Shown here one piece after another: positions 11,572 to 22,665 of a DNA stretch of 64,000 nucleotides (its first letter is position 1; every line of letters begins with the position of its first letter). This stretch comes from Haliotis rubra. Its lineage: Eukaryota. The notes under the pieces are model-generated. The model was not told where the DNA came from and did not search any database. It saw nothing but the letters and a program-made list of their open reading frames with translations. Position numbers and translations under genes: made by a program. The stretch is taken from positions 62,001-126,000 of the forward strand of contig NW_025765443.1 of the NCBI RefSeq assembly GCF_003918875.1, in the 5' to 3' direction.

Positions 11572-13720
11572 GAAACAAAGAATCAGTGGATTTGTATTTT
11601 GACACCGCATATTCGTTATACTATGAGTAACATTGATAAAAAATTAGGTCCTTTGCGTTTCTATCTAATTCATTTTCACTAACAAACAAAAGCTGCATAG
11701 CCCTTGCCACATTCATACGAATATCTCCATATTCAATATAGTTATATTCATGGGTCCTCTAAATGCAACATGGATAAAAACCAGACATGTATATATTAAT
11801 TTACTGTTACACTTGTAAAATAATTTCTATATACAGTATCCAGCTTGGGCCCATGCAGGGAGGAAAAGCAATAGCCCATTTTTATACTGTACTGTTAAAG
11901 TGTTTATGGTTATATGTTTTTAGTGTACATTTGTGATAGACTAGTTATTTTACTGTCTTTCGCAGACAGATAAATTTTTTTATATATATAATGCACACAT
12001 TAAAATTTAAATTTCCAAGGTTAGTTTCAGCGACTGGAAACTACCGGAAACCAACAAAGTTAGTTTCCAGAATCGGAAATTTAAAGTAAAGTCACATTGG
12101 TAGTTTCCATTTCATAAAGCAGCTGGAAACCATCATTGATGGGAACGTCAATGAAACGAACGTAGAGGAAATTACTCCATATATACCAGTATGTACAGCA
12201 TATAACCGACATTAACCTACGCTAAACTGTCTATGTATTCCATGTATATAAGTTTAGTGATCTGTGTTTTTGTACACCAGAATTCAAATAAAAGATACTG
12301 TCACATGAAAGAAGAATAATTTCAGGAAAAGTTAAGCCATATTACGGAAGCTTAAGCTTCTACTTTGTCTCCTTAACGGTTTGTTAGGTACACTCACAGA
12401 TGCCTTAAACTTTTAAATTACTGAAGCCGATAAGGCTCCATTAGGTTTCAGTTACCCATTGGCTTTCCATTTGTTTTTCTCAAAGTGATACTACTAATAC
12501 AACTAACTGGGAGTGGTTATGCACATAACACGGCGGGTGAAACAAAGAATCAGTGGATTTGTATTTTGACACCGCATATTCGTTATACTAAGATTAAAAT
12601 TGATCAAGAATTAGGTCATGTGCGTTTCTATCTAATTCAGTTTCACTAACAAACAGAAGCTGCAAAGCCCTTGCCACATTCATAAGAATATCTCCATATT
12701 CAATATAGTTATATTCATGGGTCCTCTAAATGCAACATGGATAAAAACCAGACATGTATATATTAATTTACTGTTACACTTGTAAAATAATTTCTATATA
12801 CAGTATCCAGCTTGGGCCCATGCAGGGAGGAAAAGCAATAGCCCATTTTTATACTGTACTGTTAAAGTGTTTATGGTTATATGTTTTTAGTGTACATTTG
12901 TGATAGACTAGTTATTTTACTGTCTTTCGCAGACAGATAAATTTTTTTATATATATAATGCACACATTAAAATTTAAATTTCCAAGGTTAGTTTCAGCGA
13001 CTGGAAACTACCGGAAACCAACAAAGTTAGTTTCCAGAATCGGAAATTTAAAGTAAAGTCACATTGGTAGTTTCCATTTCATAAAGCAGCTGGAAACCAT
13101 CATTGATGGGAACGTCAATGAAACGAACGTAGAGGAAATTACTCCATATATACCAGTATGTACAGCATATAACCGACATTAACCTACGCTAAACTGTCTA
13201 TGTATTCCATGTATATAAGTTTAGTGATCTGTGTTTTGTACACCAGAATTCAAATAAAAGATACTGTCACATGAAAGAAGAATAATTTCAGGAAAAGTTA
13301 AAAGTTATATTACGGAAGCTTAAGCTTCTACTTTGTCTCCTTAACGGTTTGTTAGGTACACTCACAGATGCCTTAAACTTTTAAATTACTGAAGCCGATA
13401 AGGCTCCATTAGGTTTCAGTTACCCATTGGCTTTCCATTTGTTTTTCTCAAAGTGATACTACTAATACAACTAACTGGGAGTGGTTATGCACATAACACG
13501 GCGGGTGAAACAAAGAATCAGTGGATTTGTATTTTGACACCGCATATTCGTTATACTAAGATTAAAATTGATCAAGAATTAGGTCATGTGCGTTTCTATC
13601 TAATTCAGTTTCACTAACAAACAGAAGCTGCAAAGCCCTTGCCACATTCATAAGAATATCTCCATATTCAATATAGTTATATTCATGGGTTGTCCAAATG
13701 CAACATGGATAAAAACCAGA
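11572..13720. repeat. Tandem duplication, ~967-bp unit, about 2.2 copies
   Basis: gaaacaaagaatcagtgg recurs at 11572, 12539 and 13507 with near-identical intervening sequence. Confidence 0.9.
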
Positions 13721-13790
13721 AATGTCATTGTCACTTCATCGACCTTAAAGCAAACGTAACAAAACTTGACACACATCGCTACCATGCATA

Positions 13791-15327
13791 TACTGAACCG
13801 CAAAAGAAACGCAAGTTACTATTTTCAAAACATACGTTCCAAATGCATTCCTTTTAGGACAACAAAGTATACCATTATAGAACCAGGCATTCGAAGATGG
13901 TTTTGCCGTTGTTGCCGCTGATTCTTGACCATATCGCCCAAACGCAATCATTTTTATGTTTTTCGTGTTTTTTGCATGAAGTTTTTGTGTTTCACACAAA
14001 AATGCGTGTATTTCACTCCAGTTTGAAGCTTTATAAGGCAGGTCATTCAAAAAACACCATAGAACACAAAATTGACTGTGACAACGCGGAGAAAACATCC
14101 CACGTCTAACTGAACAGCAACGATAAATCGCCGTTGGAATGTTGCAGACCGGATCCACACCAACTAAAGTGGCCAGGCACTTCAGATGTCACGTGACAAC
14201 AATCACAAGACTATCTGCAAGGCATCGTCAAACCGGTAATGTTCCAGACCGACCACGTTCAGGACGTCCCAGGGTAACAACGCCAGCGCAAGATCGTCAC
14301 ATCCGGGTTACTCATCTGCGTAACCGACAGCAACGAGCAACACAGACAGCTGCAACCATTCAAGGGCCACAACGTCACATCTCTGCAGACACTGTTCGTC
14401 GTCGTCTGAGGGCAGCATGGATCAGATGTCGCCGTCCTTACGTCGGACCGATTCTGACGCAACGTCACCGCCAAAATCGTTTACAGTGGGCGCGACAACA
14501 CCAGCGTTGGCGACGTCAACAATGGCAACAACTGTTGTTTTCTGATGAGTCCAGATTCAACTTGTCCCACGCCGATGGCCGATTACGTGTATGGAGACGA
14601 CGTAATGAACGTTACGCCAACTGTTGTGCTGTGGAAGATGACCGCTGGGGAGGTGGAAGACTCATGGTACGGAGTGGCTTCAGCTACCACCACAGAACAC
14701 GTTTACACGTGTTTCGTCAACGTGTGACTGCTGTAGTCTACAGAGACCAGGTCTTTCAACACCACGTTGTACCGCTCTTCCAGGCCCAACCTCAGCTCCA
14801 GGCGTTCCAGCAGGACAATGCTCGTCCTCACACTGCACGGGTCTCTATGGACTTCCTCAGAGGGAACAACATTGCTGTACTGCCCTGTCCCTCTCTGTCC
14901 CCGGATATGGCACCAATCGAGCATGTGTGGGATGAAATTGGTACACGGATACAGACAGCTGCTCAACCTCAAAACCTTAGAGATTTGGAAGCCAGATTGG
15001 TCAGGGAATGGAATCAAATTCCCCAAGCCTTCTTTCAGACACTTGTTGACTCGATGAGACGTCGTTGTGCTGCCTGCATTGCAGCCAATGGTGGTCACAC
15101 GCGCTACTGATTGACACACTGTTTCGTGACATTTTTGGTGTGTGAGGGTGGAGTGATAACATATGCTTTTACAGTAAACTTGAGTGTTGTTTTCACCAGA
15201 GATCACGACTCATTTCTTCAACAATCACTTGTCTGTTGTTTTTTTCGTAGTGTTAAGATTGTTTGTTCCACAGATTCAGAAATATTGACATTTCTAAATC
15301 AACTTGCGTTTCTTTTGCGGTTCAGTA
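13791..15327 (+). mobile_element. Tc1-family (DD34E) DNA transposon, near-intact
   Basis: Perfect 27-bp TIRs tactgaaccgcaaaagaaacgcaagtt with TA flanks. Confidence 0.95.
14139..15110 (+). CDS. Tc1 transposase (DD34E); the native N-terminus appears damaged (ATC in place of ATG, then TAA upstream)
   Basis: RPRSGRP, FSDESRF, QQDNARPH, 34 residues to SPDMAPIEHVW, C-terminal GGHTRY. Confidence 0.9.
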   Translation: MLQTGSTPTKVARHFRCHVTTITRLSARHRQTGNVPDRPRSGRPRVTTPAQDRHIRVTHLRNRQQRATQTAATIQGPQRHISADTVRRRLRAAWIRCRRPYVGPILTQRHRQNRLQWARQHQRWRRQQWQQLLFSDESRFNLSHADGRLRVWRRRNERYANCCAVEDDRWGGGRLMVRSGFSYHHRTRLHVFRQRVTAVVYRDQVFQHHVVPLFQAQPQLQAFQQDNARPHTARVSMDFLRGNNIAVLPCPSLSPDMAPIEHVWDEIGTRIQTAAQPQNLRDLEARLVREWNQIPQAFFQTLVDSMRRRCAACIAANGGHTRY

Positions 15328-15329
15328 TA

Positions 15330-15767
15330 AACAAAACGCATTGATTTATGGTCCGAGTTCGGTCTCTGTCACATTATGTAATTACACAGACAGGCAGATG
15401 TGAAACTTAAACACATGACATGTTATGATGTCTGTTGATTGCAAAATGCTATACACAAAAAATGAGCATGTATTTACAAAGACCAACATCTCTATCTATA
15501 CACACACAATGAGCCGTGAGGGCGTCTGCAAATGAACCAGCCGTTACACTTGAGTGCACACCCATCCGCTCTGACTGGGTTCGGTATTCCGGCTGCTTCG
15601 TTTCTTGGGAAGTAAACCCAAGTACACAATATTGCACTTTTGATTTGCGATTGTACGCTTATAATTTTGTTTATATGTTTTTTCATAACCAGCAAGGTAT
15701 ATTATATGTCATGAATAAGTGATAAATGTGTTTTAATTATGTTTGATATTTTGGTTGCATGTGACCT
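15330..15767 (-). mobile_element. One arm of a Kolobok-like (TTAA-flanked, AG...CT) element, displaced by inversion
   Basis: Ends in gttgcatgtgacct-TTAA joined to LINE 3' UTR sequence; the same terminus occurs at ~17890-17907. Confidence 0.55.
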
Positions 15768-15770
15768 TTA

Positions 15771-16038
15771 AGCTTTCCGGATTTTTAAACGTATTACTTA
15801 TCATCTTTTAAACTTCGGCTAATTGTTTCCTGCAATCGCCAGCAGCTGAAAGGACGGTGTAATTCCAACTAGGGTCGATCCATGCAGGTAGCAAAAGCAC
15901 TACAAGTCCCCATGGTCCCAAGTATGGTGATCTACATTCAGTTGCATTGGCGATCAATAGCCCATTTTCACATTGCATTGTCCAAAATAGTTTTCTACTT
16001 GCCGAGGTGACGTTACATTTTAACTTTCTCACTCACTC
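15771..16038 (+). mobile_element. LINE 3' UTR fragment; its other half lies inverted at ~17908-17965
   Basis: Matches 49562-49960 and ends in actcactc. Confidence 0.75.
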
Positions 16039-16209
16039 TTTGGTGACATGCTGTTCTAAAAGCGTCATAATTGGGTGACTTTGTCCATTCCTTTTGCATT
16101 TGATCATGCTTTGTGACAACAACCCATGAATTACACAAAATAAATGAGTGTCATTTGCTTGCACCGTTTGACACTACCACTACCATTTTAATCGTATGGA
16201 TGAACTCAC

Positions 16210-17246
16210 AGTCGTCGCCACGTAGATAAAGCCTGATGTGTTGTATCTTCTCTAGAACTGAAGTGTTCAGGTTCACAGTCCAGGTGGGATTTGTCTCAAT
16301 CATTGTATGAGCACATGTCAATGGAGAGCGATGGGCATCTGTTGTGGCTCTGCCGTCAACACCCAGTCCTGCTCCATAATCGTTTGCATTATTGTATAGA
16401 TTACTACTCTGACTACACGAGCTTCGCAGAGCAATATTTTCTGAAAACAGGAACACAACATAAGCATGACAAGTGGAATGAACACATACTAGTGACACGT
16501 TGACATGGCAATACCTATATGCATCTTCCTATACTCTAGTTTCTGACAGTACAGACCAAACCATCCCCTCTGACACATGTCCTCACCATCCATCTGACTA
16601 CAGGGAGTTGAGAGGAACGTGTCACAGAGCTCTGTGGTACTGCAGTGACAATGGATATCTGTTTGAAAAACATAGTTCTCCTTGTTACTTGGCATATTTA
16701 AAGCTCCATGCAGGTAGCAAAAGTAATGTAAGTCCCCATGGTTACTAGTATGGTGATCTACCTTCAGATGCTGGCGATCTATAGCTGTGTTTTATATTAT
16801 ATTGTCTTCTGTAATTACACTGATTTAGTTTTAACATGCTAGTTTTATGTTCATATCTGTGATACTCTAGTATTTGTACTGCACATCTTTGACAGGTTTA
16901 ACAGTTGACAATGTTTTCATTTTTGTATTGTATGAATTGTTTTCGTCACGATATGGCTGAGATATTGCCGATGTGACGTTAAATATTAACTCACTCACTC
17001 ACTCATATTTATAGGTTTGCTTGAGAACATAGTGGTAGGATTCGTGTGAGTCAGGTATGATTTATAGTCACATCGGCAATATTTCAGCCATATCGTGGAT
17101 GGGATTCGAGGATAGCAAAGTATTTGTGATTCAAGACTACAAATCTGCATATAGTTACACTTGTTTTACATTTCGTGAATAACGTCCCTACAAATGAGGG
17201 CCGGGGTGACACAGACCACAAGCAGTCCCACCCAGCACCATTCCAT
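16210..17246 (-). pseudogene. Unit B2, inverted 5' exons: signal peptide 17246-17192, Cys/EGF 16658-16539 (donor lost), FTP N-half 16440-16210
   Basis: MEWCWVGLLVVCVTPALI; CHCSTTELCDTFLSTPCSQ..CQRGWFGLYCQK; NIALRSSCSQSS..GVDG..CAHT..NPTWTVNL..RLYLRGDD. It is the inverted counterpart of 28090-29525. Confidence 0.9.
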
Positions 17247-17589
17247 GTTGGATATCTAAAACAGAGGCAAAGAAAGTGAAACTTTCCTGGTCATAGTCTC
17301 CTGACAACAAATATATTAACATGAGGGTCAGCATTTCATAAAACTTTGTAATTTTAGTGAATCCAAATGATATCAAAACAGGATTTGTGATACCTTTCAA
17401 GGCGCGGACATGTAGTCGGGATGCGATTGATCTAAATAATAAGAGTGCCAATTTCGTAAATATCAAGATGTTTGAATGACCGAAAGTTCACAGTACTTCA
17501 CGTATGCCAATAACAATTGCCATCTTATCTCTTACCATAACTGTAATGAAACAATCCCAATTGTTAAGTTGATATTTTACATTAGATAT

Positions 17590-17903
17590 CAACAAAACAT
17601 TAGGAAAATAGCTCTCACCATAGCCTTCCCCGAGTATTCACCGGACAGCCCACTTCCAAGTTGCGCGAACCTATTTCACTGCGCACGTGCTATGAGCGCA
17701 GCCCAGCTGTTGAAACCAGTTTTCCCCCGAAAAGTCGGGGGAACATTAGTGAATCGTTTGAACTCCGATTTCGCGCGGGTTTTTTCATCGCGTTATTTTT
17801 CAACTTTATAAGTTGAATTTGCATTTTTGATGATTTGTTTCGGTAAGTCCATACCGAAAGGTAGCAGAATCTGCAAAGTTGTGGTTTACGTTGCATGTGA
17901 CCT
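17590..17903 (+). mobile_element. Other arm of the Kolobok-like element
   Basis: Ends in gttgcatgtgacct-TTAA followed by the reverse-oriented continuation of the same LINE 3' UTR. Confidence 0.55.
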
Positions 17904-19380
17904 TTAAACTTAACTTTGAAAGTTTTGGGACTAAAGTACCCTCTCATGAGTACAATAATTTTACTTTACTTTAACCTCCTGTGAGGATACAGCCAATAAC
18001 ATTCACAGTTGCTAATTTATACTACAATGTTTAAAATACATTTATCTATTTACAAAACATATTATTCAAAATGTATCTAATAATTCTATTTCCTTTAAAC
18101 AATCAATTATTAAATTATAATTAACATTATGAAAAAGATCTTTGACTGTTTTGACATTGAAATATTTATCCCTTGTGATGGAAAAGCGTGTCACAAATGA
18201 AACATGTGAGAACAAAACATATTTATAATGAAACAAAATGCTTACAGAATGCTATGTAGTTCACATTGTTGTAATTCGTTAGCTACTTGGGGTACTTACA
18301 AAGTAGCACTATTGTTACGAAAAAACCAAGAGACTGAAATGAAAAATAGCCTCGTAATACCGAACGAATGACTTACAGACTGAGTGAATTAAACAGATGG
18401 ATAACATAAACCCTTAAGTGTTTCAAACTGAGAATCAACGACAATCACTCTGTCATTATGCCTGCTTGATAATAACAGGTCACAATGATTACACAAGCCA
18501 CGTTCAAATAGTTTCTGATTAATGATTTTCAAATTCCAAACCAATCTTTTTTCTTGTTTTAATTTAATGTACAGTCATATTATACTAGATAGACATCTAT
18601 TCATCTATTTTGGGAATTAACAAATCAATTTAAATTCACTTGTTAAATCAGTAATGGATACAGCAGCTTACACATTTCACACTGTGTCCTATCGCTATTT
18701 CTCATACGAAAAGGCAAAGTCATGTGCTCACAGTTTTGCATATAGTATTAACTATAAGGGCAAAGAAGACACGTAAACTTCCGAATTGAAACAAAAGCTA
18801 ACCAATAGTTCAGTATCTGTATCTTGTCCATGTACATGCTTATATCTTATAAAGTGTTTTCATAACAAGAGATGACAATCTGTCCAGAACAGCAGCATTT
18901 CACAGTCCCTGCTTTCAATGAAATACCATGTGATATTTTTGTTGACTTAGTTTTCTTTGCATGTACATGATATGCTTTAGAAATACTTCATGGTAATCTT
19001 GTACTTTAGCCGTGTGATTTCTTCAGATCCTTAAGATGAACTGATGAAGTCGGTAGGTTTCCCATGCCCTTTTAATATGAACCACGATCCCCAGGTTCAT
19101 AAGTTTTAAGAAATCTCGTTTAAAAAATCTCACCTATGTCTTACAATTCGTGCATTTGTACAGAATCCAAGTAATCTATCATTGTAAAACCAGATATATT
19201 TTTAAAAAATCAAACTACAAACCTCGGAATTAAAAATGATAACGAATCTTTAGTGCACTGATACACTGGATGTGAAGCCTCATAAGTTTTAACTTTTACC
19301 AACTTGAGTTTATATGCATCATGTCCCTGGTCAAACGGTTGAGATTCTCTGCTTATCATATGTGTCTTTCATCTGTGCAG

Positions 19381-20513
19381 TTCAGGAGAAGGCAACGGCA
19401 TGGAGATACTTGTGGGCAACCAGATGTGCTACAGCTGGTCGTCTACTGAACATCCCCCTCCTATAGCTAACGTCACCTGCCGCCAGCCACTGACAGGAAC
19501 CACGGTCACTATACGGATACCTGGTCCACTGAAATTCCTTACTTTGTGTGAAGTGCAGATATTTGGTATGTCATGGCTATGTGGATTTACATAGTTGGAT
19601 ATGTTGTTCATTGGTATGAACTAGAAAAGGTTTCACTATGGATACATGTATTATCTATCGGGCTGTTGAAACATATTAAATTTGAATGGATATTGCAGCG
19701 ATGAGCTAAACATTTTGCACCCATCTTTAGGACTCTTAACATTAAGTATAATCCTGTTATTACTTAAATTCAATGCCCAGTGAGGTTTTCTTTATTAAAT
19801 TGTTCATCTTTTCAACAACAATGAAAATTGTATCTATCAATCAACTGTATTCATTCAGTAGAGTATACCACAGGCCTATGATACAATAGCAAAACTGGAG
19901 TCGACGTCTCACGGTGCCTGTTTGATTCTAATCCACATTACTATGTATATACCAATGGTAAGCTTTTTGACCATGCATTCGTTCGTGTACGCCATTAATA
20001 GATTGACTTGGTGTTATCCAAATTTTCACACAAATGGTAATATTTGAACGTACTGAATCGTCTTTGTAGGTCATACATGGTGTCATGGTTGTTCGTCTGT
20101 GTCCTATGAAAGAGATACCTTGCGCTGAGAATGTGGGTTGGAATAACGGATGGGACTCAACACACAACAACACTAAAATGTGTACTTTGTTTAGAAATTT
20201 TAATCTCAAATATAACATATGTTATGTTACATTTAACCACTTCCTGAAAGAAAATATGTATTCATGTTTGAAGTGGCGCATATGTTTTATCAAGGTTTTA
20301 GGGTATAAATGCATTACATACAGTTCTACATTATGTATATGGTGACTTTATCTGAAAATGTCAAACAATTATCAGTTTGCAGTGATGGGTGGTTTTCTGA
20401 AGATTGTGACAAACGGTACAGGTGCCTTAGCAGTGCTGATGTATGTGACAAGCTCACTGGTCGCTGTTCTGGGGGAAGTCTCCCAGGATATTATGGAACC
20501 GACTGCCAAACAG
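19381..20513 (+). pseudogene. Unit B2, non-inverted exons: FTP C-half 19381-19565 (1-nt frameshift) and EGF 20376-20513 (two Cys lost)
   Basis: GMEILVGNQMCYSWSSTEHPPPIANVTCRQPLTGTTVTIRIPGPLKFLTLCEVQIF; 185 nt versus 186 nt in C and D. Confidence 0.85.
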
Positions 20514-20552
20514 GTTTGAGCATAGCTAGAATTTTAGTTAAATTTGATAAAG

Positions 20553-20796
20553 TGAGTGAGTGAGTTTAGTTTAAGTCGCACTCAGCAATATTACAGCTAC
20601 ATGGCGGCGGTCTGAAAATAATCGAGCCTGGACCATACAATCCAGTGATCAACAGCATGAGCATCGATCTGCGCAATTGGGAACCGATGACATCCGTCAA
20701 CCAAGTCAGCGAGCCTGACCACGCGATCCAGTTAGTCGCCTCTTACAACAAGCATGGGTTACTGAAGATCAATATTCTAACCCGGACCTTCAAGGG
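20553..20796 (-). mobile_element. SINE-like family S1 (segmental duplicate of 8727-8971)
   Basis: Same insertion site and TSD as 8727-8971. Confidence 0.85.
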
Positions 20797-20853
20797 TTAA
20801 ATTTGATAAAGAGTCTGCATATGCGTCAGATGTATGTTTCCTTTCCTGAATGA

Positions 20854-20926
20854 GTCCACACGGGGGTTGAAAGGCTCTTAGCGTTACCCAGCACCCACCA
20901 CGAGGAAGTGGTTCTTCACGGGTGCC
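20854..20926 (-). ncRNA. Isolated LINE 5' head containing an HDV-like ribozyme
   Basis: Reverse complement GGCACCC G TGAAGAACC ACT TCCTCGT GGT GGGTGCT GG GTAAC GCTAA GAGCCTTTCA. Confidence 0.7.
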
Positions 20927-21767
20927 TCATGCTTCATTTATTCACTTCCTGGTAGTTCATACCGGTATAGCTGTACAGTGTATTGAACAACTCTGAGCTG
21001 TGGGTGTAAGAGGTGAGTAGAGCCACGGTTTTGTTCATAATGCTCTAATCCATTCTGTCTATATAAATGAAAGATCATCACGTGATTAATAACAGTGTAT
21101 CGGCGTCAGATTCTGTATGTGATAACATCCTACGATCCTGTTAGTCAGATATTGGTCATTAACATACATCGTTACCCGTTCTTTCCTACACAGTGATTTA
21201 TGAGCTAGACCATATCTTAGTCTTGAAAATAATTACTTCAGAACAATTTCAATTACGTATTTCAATAGAACCGCACCTCATCTGCTTTTTTTCATATGTA
21301 TATGAAGGGAACGTGACTCTGCTCACCGTGACCTAGATTTATGCAGGATTTAAGATGTATACAAACTGCACAATGGACTCAGGACTGTGTATAACAAAGC
21401 AATATCGCGTTCAATGCACAGCGAATGTAAACATTTCACGATCACACCACAGTTGCACTGCGCTTTGTTCAGACATTTCTCCACGACCGTACATTGAATA
21501 AAACCATATAACTGCATTTGGCTATGCGTACTATTCTAAATATATCCCCAACTAGCTGCTATGAAAACCTCTTTCTATCCTCGTAGTCTGTGTAAACGCG
21601 TCGAGTGAGTGAGTTTAGTGTTAAGCCGCACTCACCAATATTCCAGCTATATGGCTATTGAATGACTACGTACAACAGAGTATAAAGATGTTACAATCAA
21701 GTGCATACATGCTTGAGCAAATTATGAATCAGTGGTTGGCTATATGAATCCAAAATTTACTTCCTTC

Positions 21768-22116
21768 TGACCCGCCTCTGTGGTGTAGTGGTTAGAGCGT
21801 CCGCCCGGAGAGCGGAAGGTCGCGGGTTCGATCCCCGACCGCGTCATACCAAAATACGTTAAAATATGGTACTTGTTTGTTCCTGCCTGGCGCTTGGCAT
21901 TAATGGGTACAACAAAGACTGGTCGGCTCGGAGTCAGTATAGTGTGTCTGAGTGGGGTATCCATGCTTCACTGCGGCCTGGTATCTCAGTGGGCTAGCAC
22001 TATAAAACCAGCTTGTCTGCGCTAGTACAAGCAGCCGCACATACACATACACACGCATGCACGTCGTGATATGAGCGAAATATTCTCTAGCACGACGTTA
22101 AACCCAATTTCACCTC
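21768..22116 (+). mobile_element. tRNA-derived SINE (family S3) whose central domain resembles the Meta/MESC type
   Basis: A box tagtggttagagc, B box ggttcgatccc, then gtcataccaaaa..aaaatatggtac; TSD acttccttc; absent at the paralogous site ~9835. Confidence 0.85.
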
Positions 22117-22606
22117 ACTTCCTTCCGTCCGAAATGGCGGTTACAGAGCGAATTGAGATACAACAATTAGAACATTTGGAAGCACCCATATGATACATGG
22201 CTGAAAACAGTAAAAGTGAACGTCATGTTTAAAATGTCACCTATTAAATGAGTGAGTGATATATCCCTTCCCACTTCTTTTAACATTCAAAGCCTTTCTG
22301 CAAATATCAGTATACCAAGGCGTATGTACACTAGCATTTGTCGAGGTGCTTTGGCGAAGGAGGGTGAAACAAAGAATCAGTGGATTTGTATTTTGACACC
22401 GAATATTCGTTATACTAAGGTTAACATTGATCTAGAATTAGGTCATGTGCGTTTCTATCTAATTCATTTCCACTTACAAACAAAAGCTGCAAAGCCCTTG
22501 CCAGATTCATAAGAATATCTCAATAGTCAACATAGTTATATTCATGGGTCGTCTAAATGCAACATGGATAAAAAACAGAAATGTCATTGTCACTTCGTCG
22601 ACCTTA

Positions 22607-22665
22607 GGCACCCATGAAGGGCCACCTCCTCGTGGTGGGTGCTGGGTCACGCTAAGCGCCTTTCA
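22607..22665 (+). ncRNA. HDV-like self-cleaving ribozyme at the LINE 5' end (predicted)
   Basis: P1 GGCACCC/GGGTGCT (G1-U wobble), P3 ACC/GGT, L3 TCCTCGT, P1.1 CC/GG, J4/2 GCTAA, P2 TGAAGGGCC/GCGCCTTTCA. G1 is the first base after the TSD. Confidence 0.8.

Noticed and set aside
16210-16222. RGD integrin-binding motif in the B2 lectin
   Set aside because: It is the F-type R-x-D sugar-binding motif, in an inverted pseudogene copy.
21772-21845. tRNA-like sequence (also at 46820-46889 and 57930-58000)
   Set aside because: These are SINE heads: they continue into repeat bodies with tails and TSDs, and have no proper acceptor stem or Pol III terminator.
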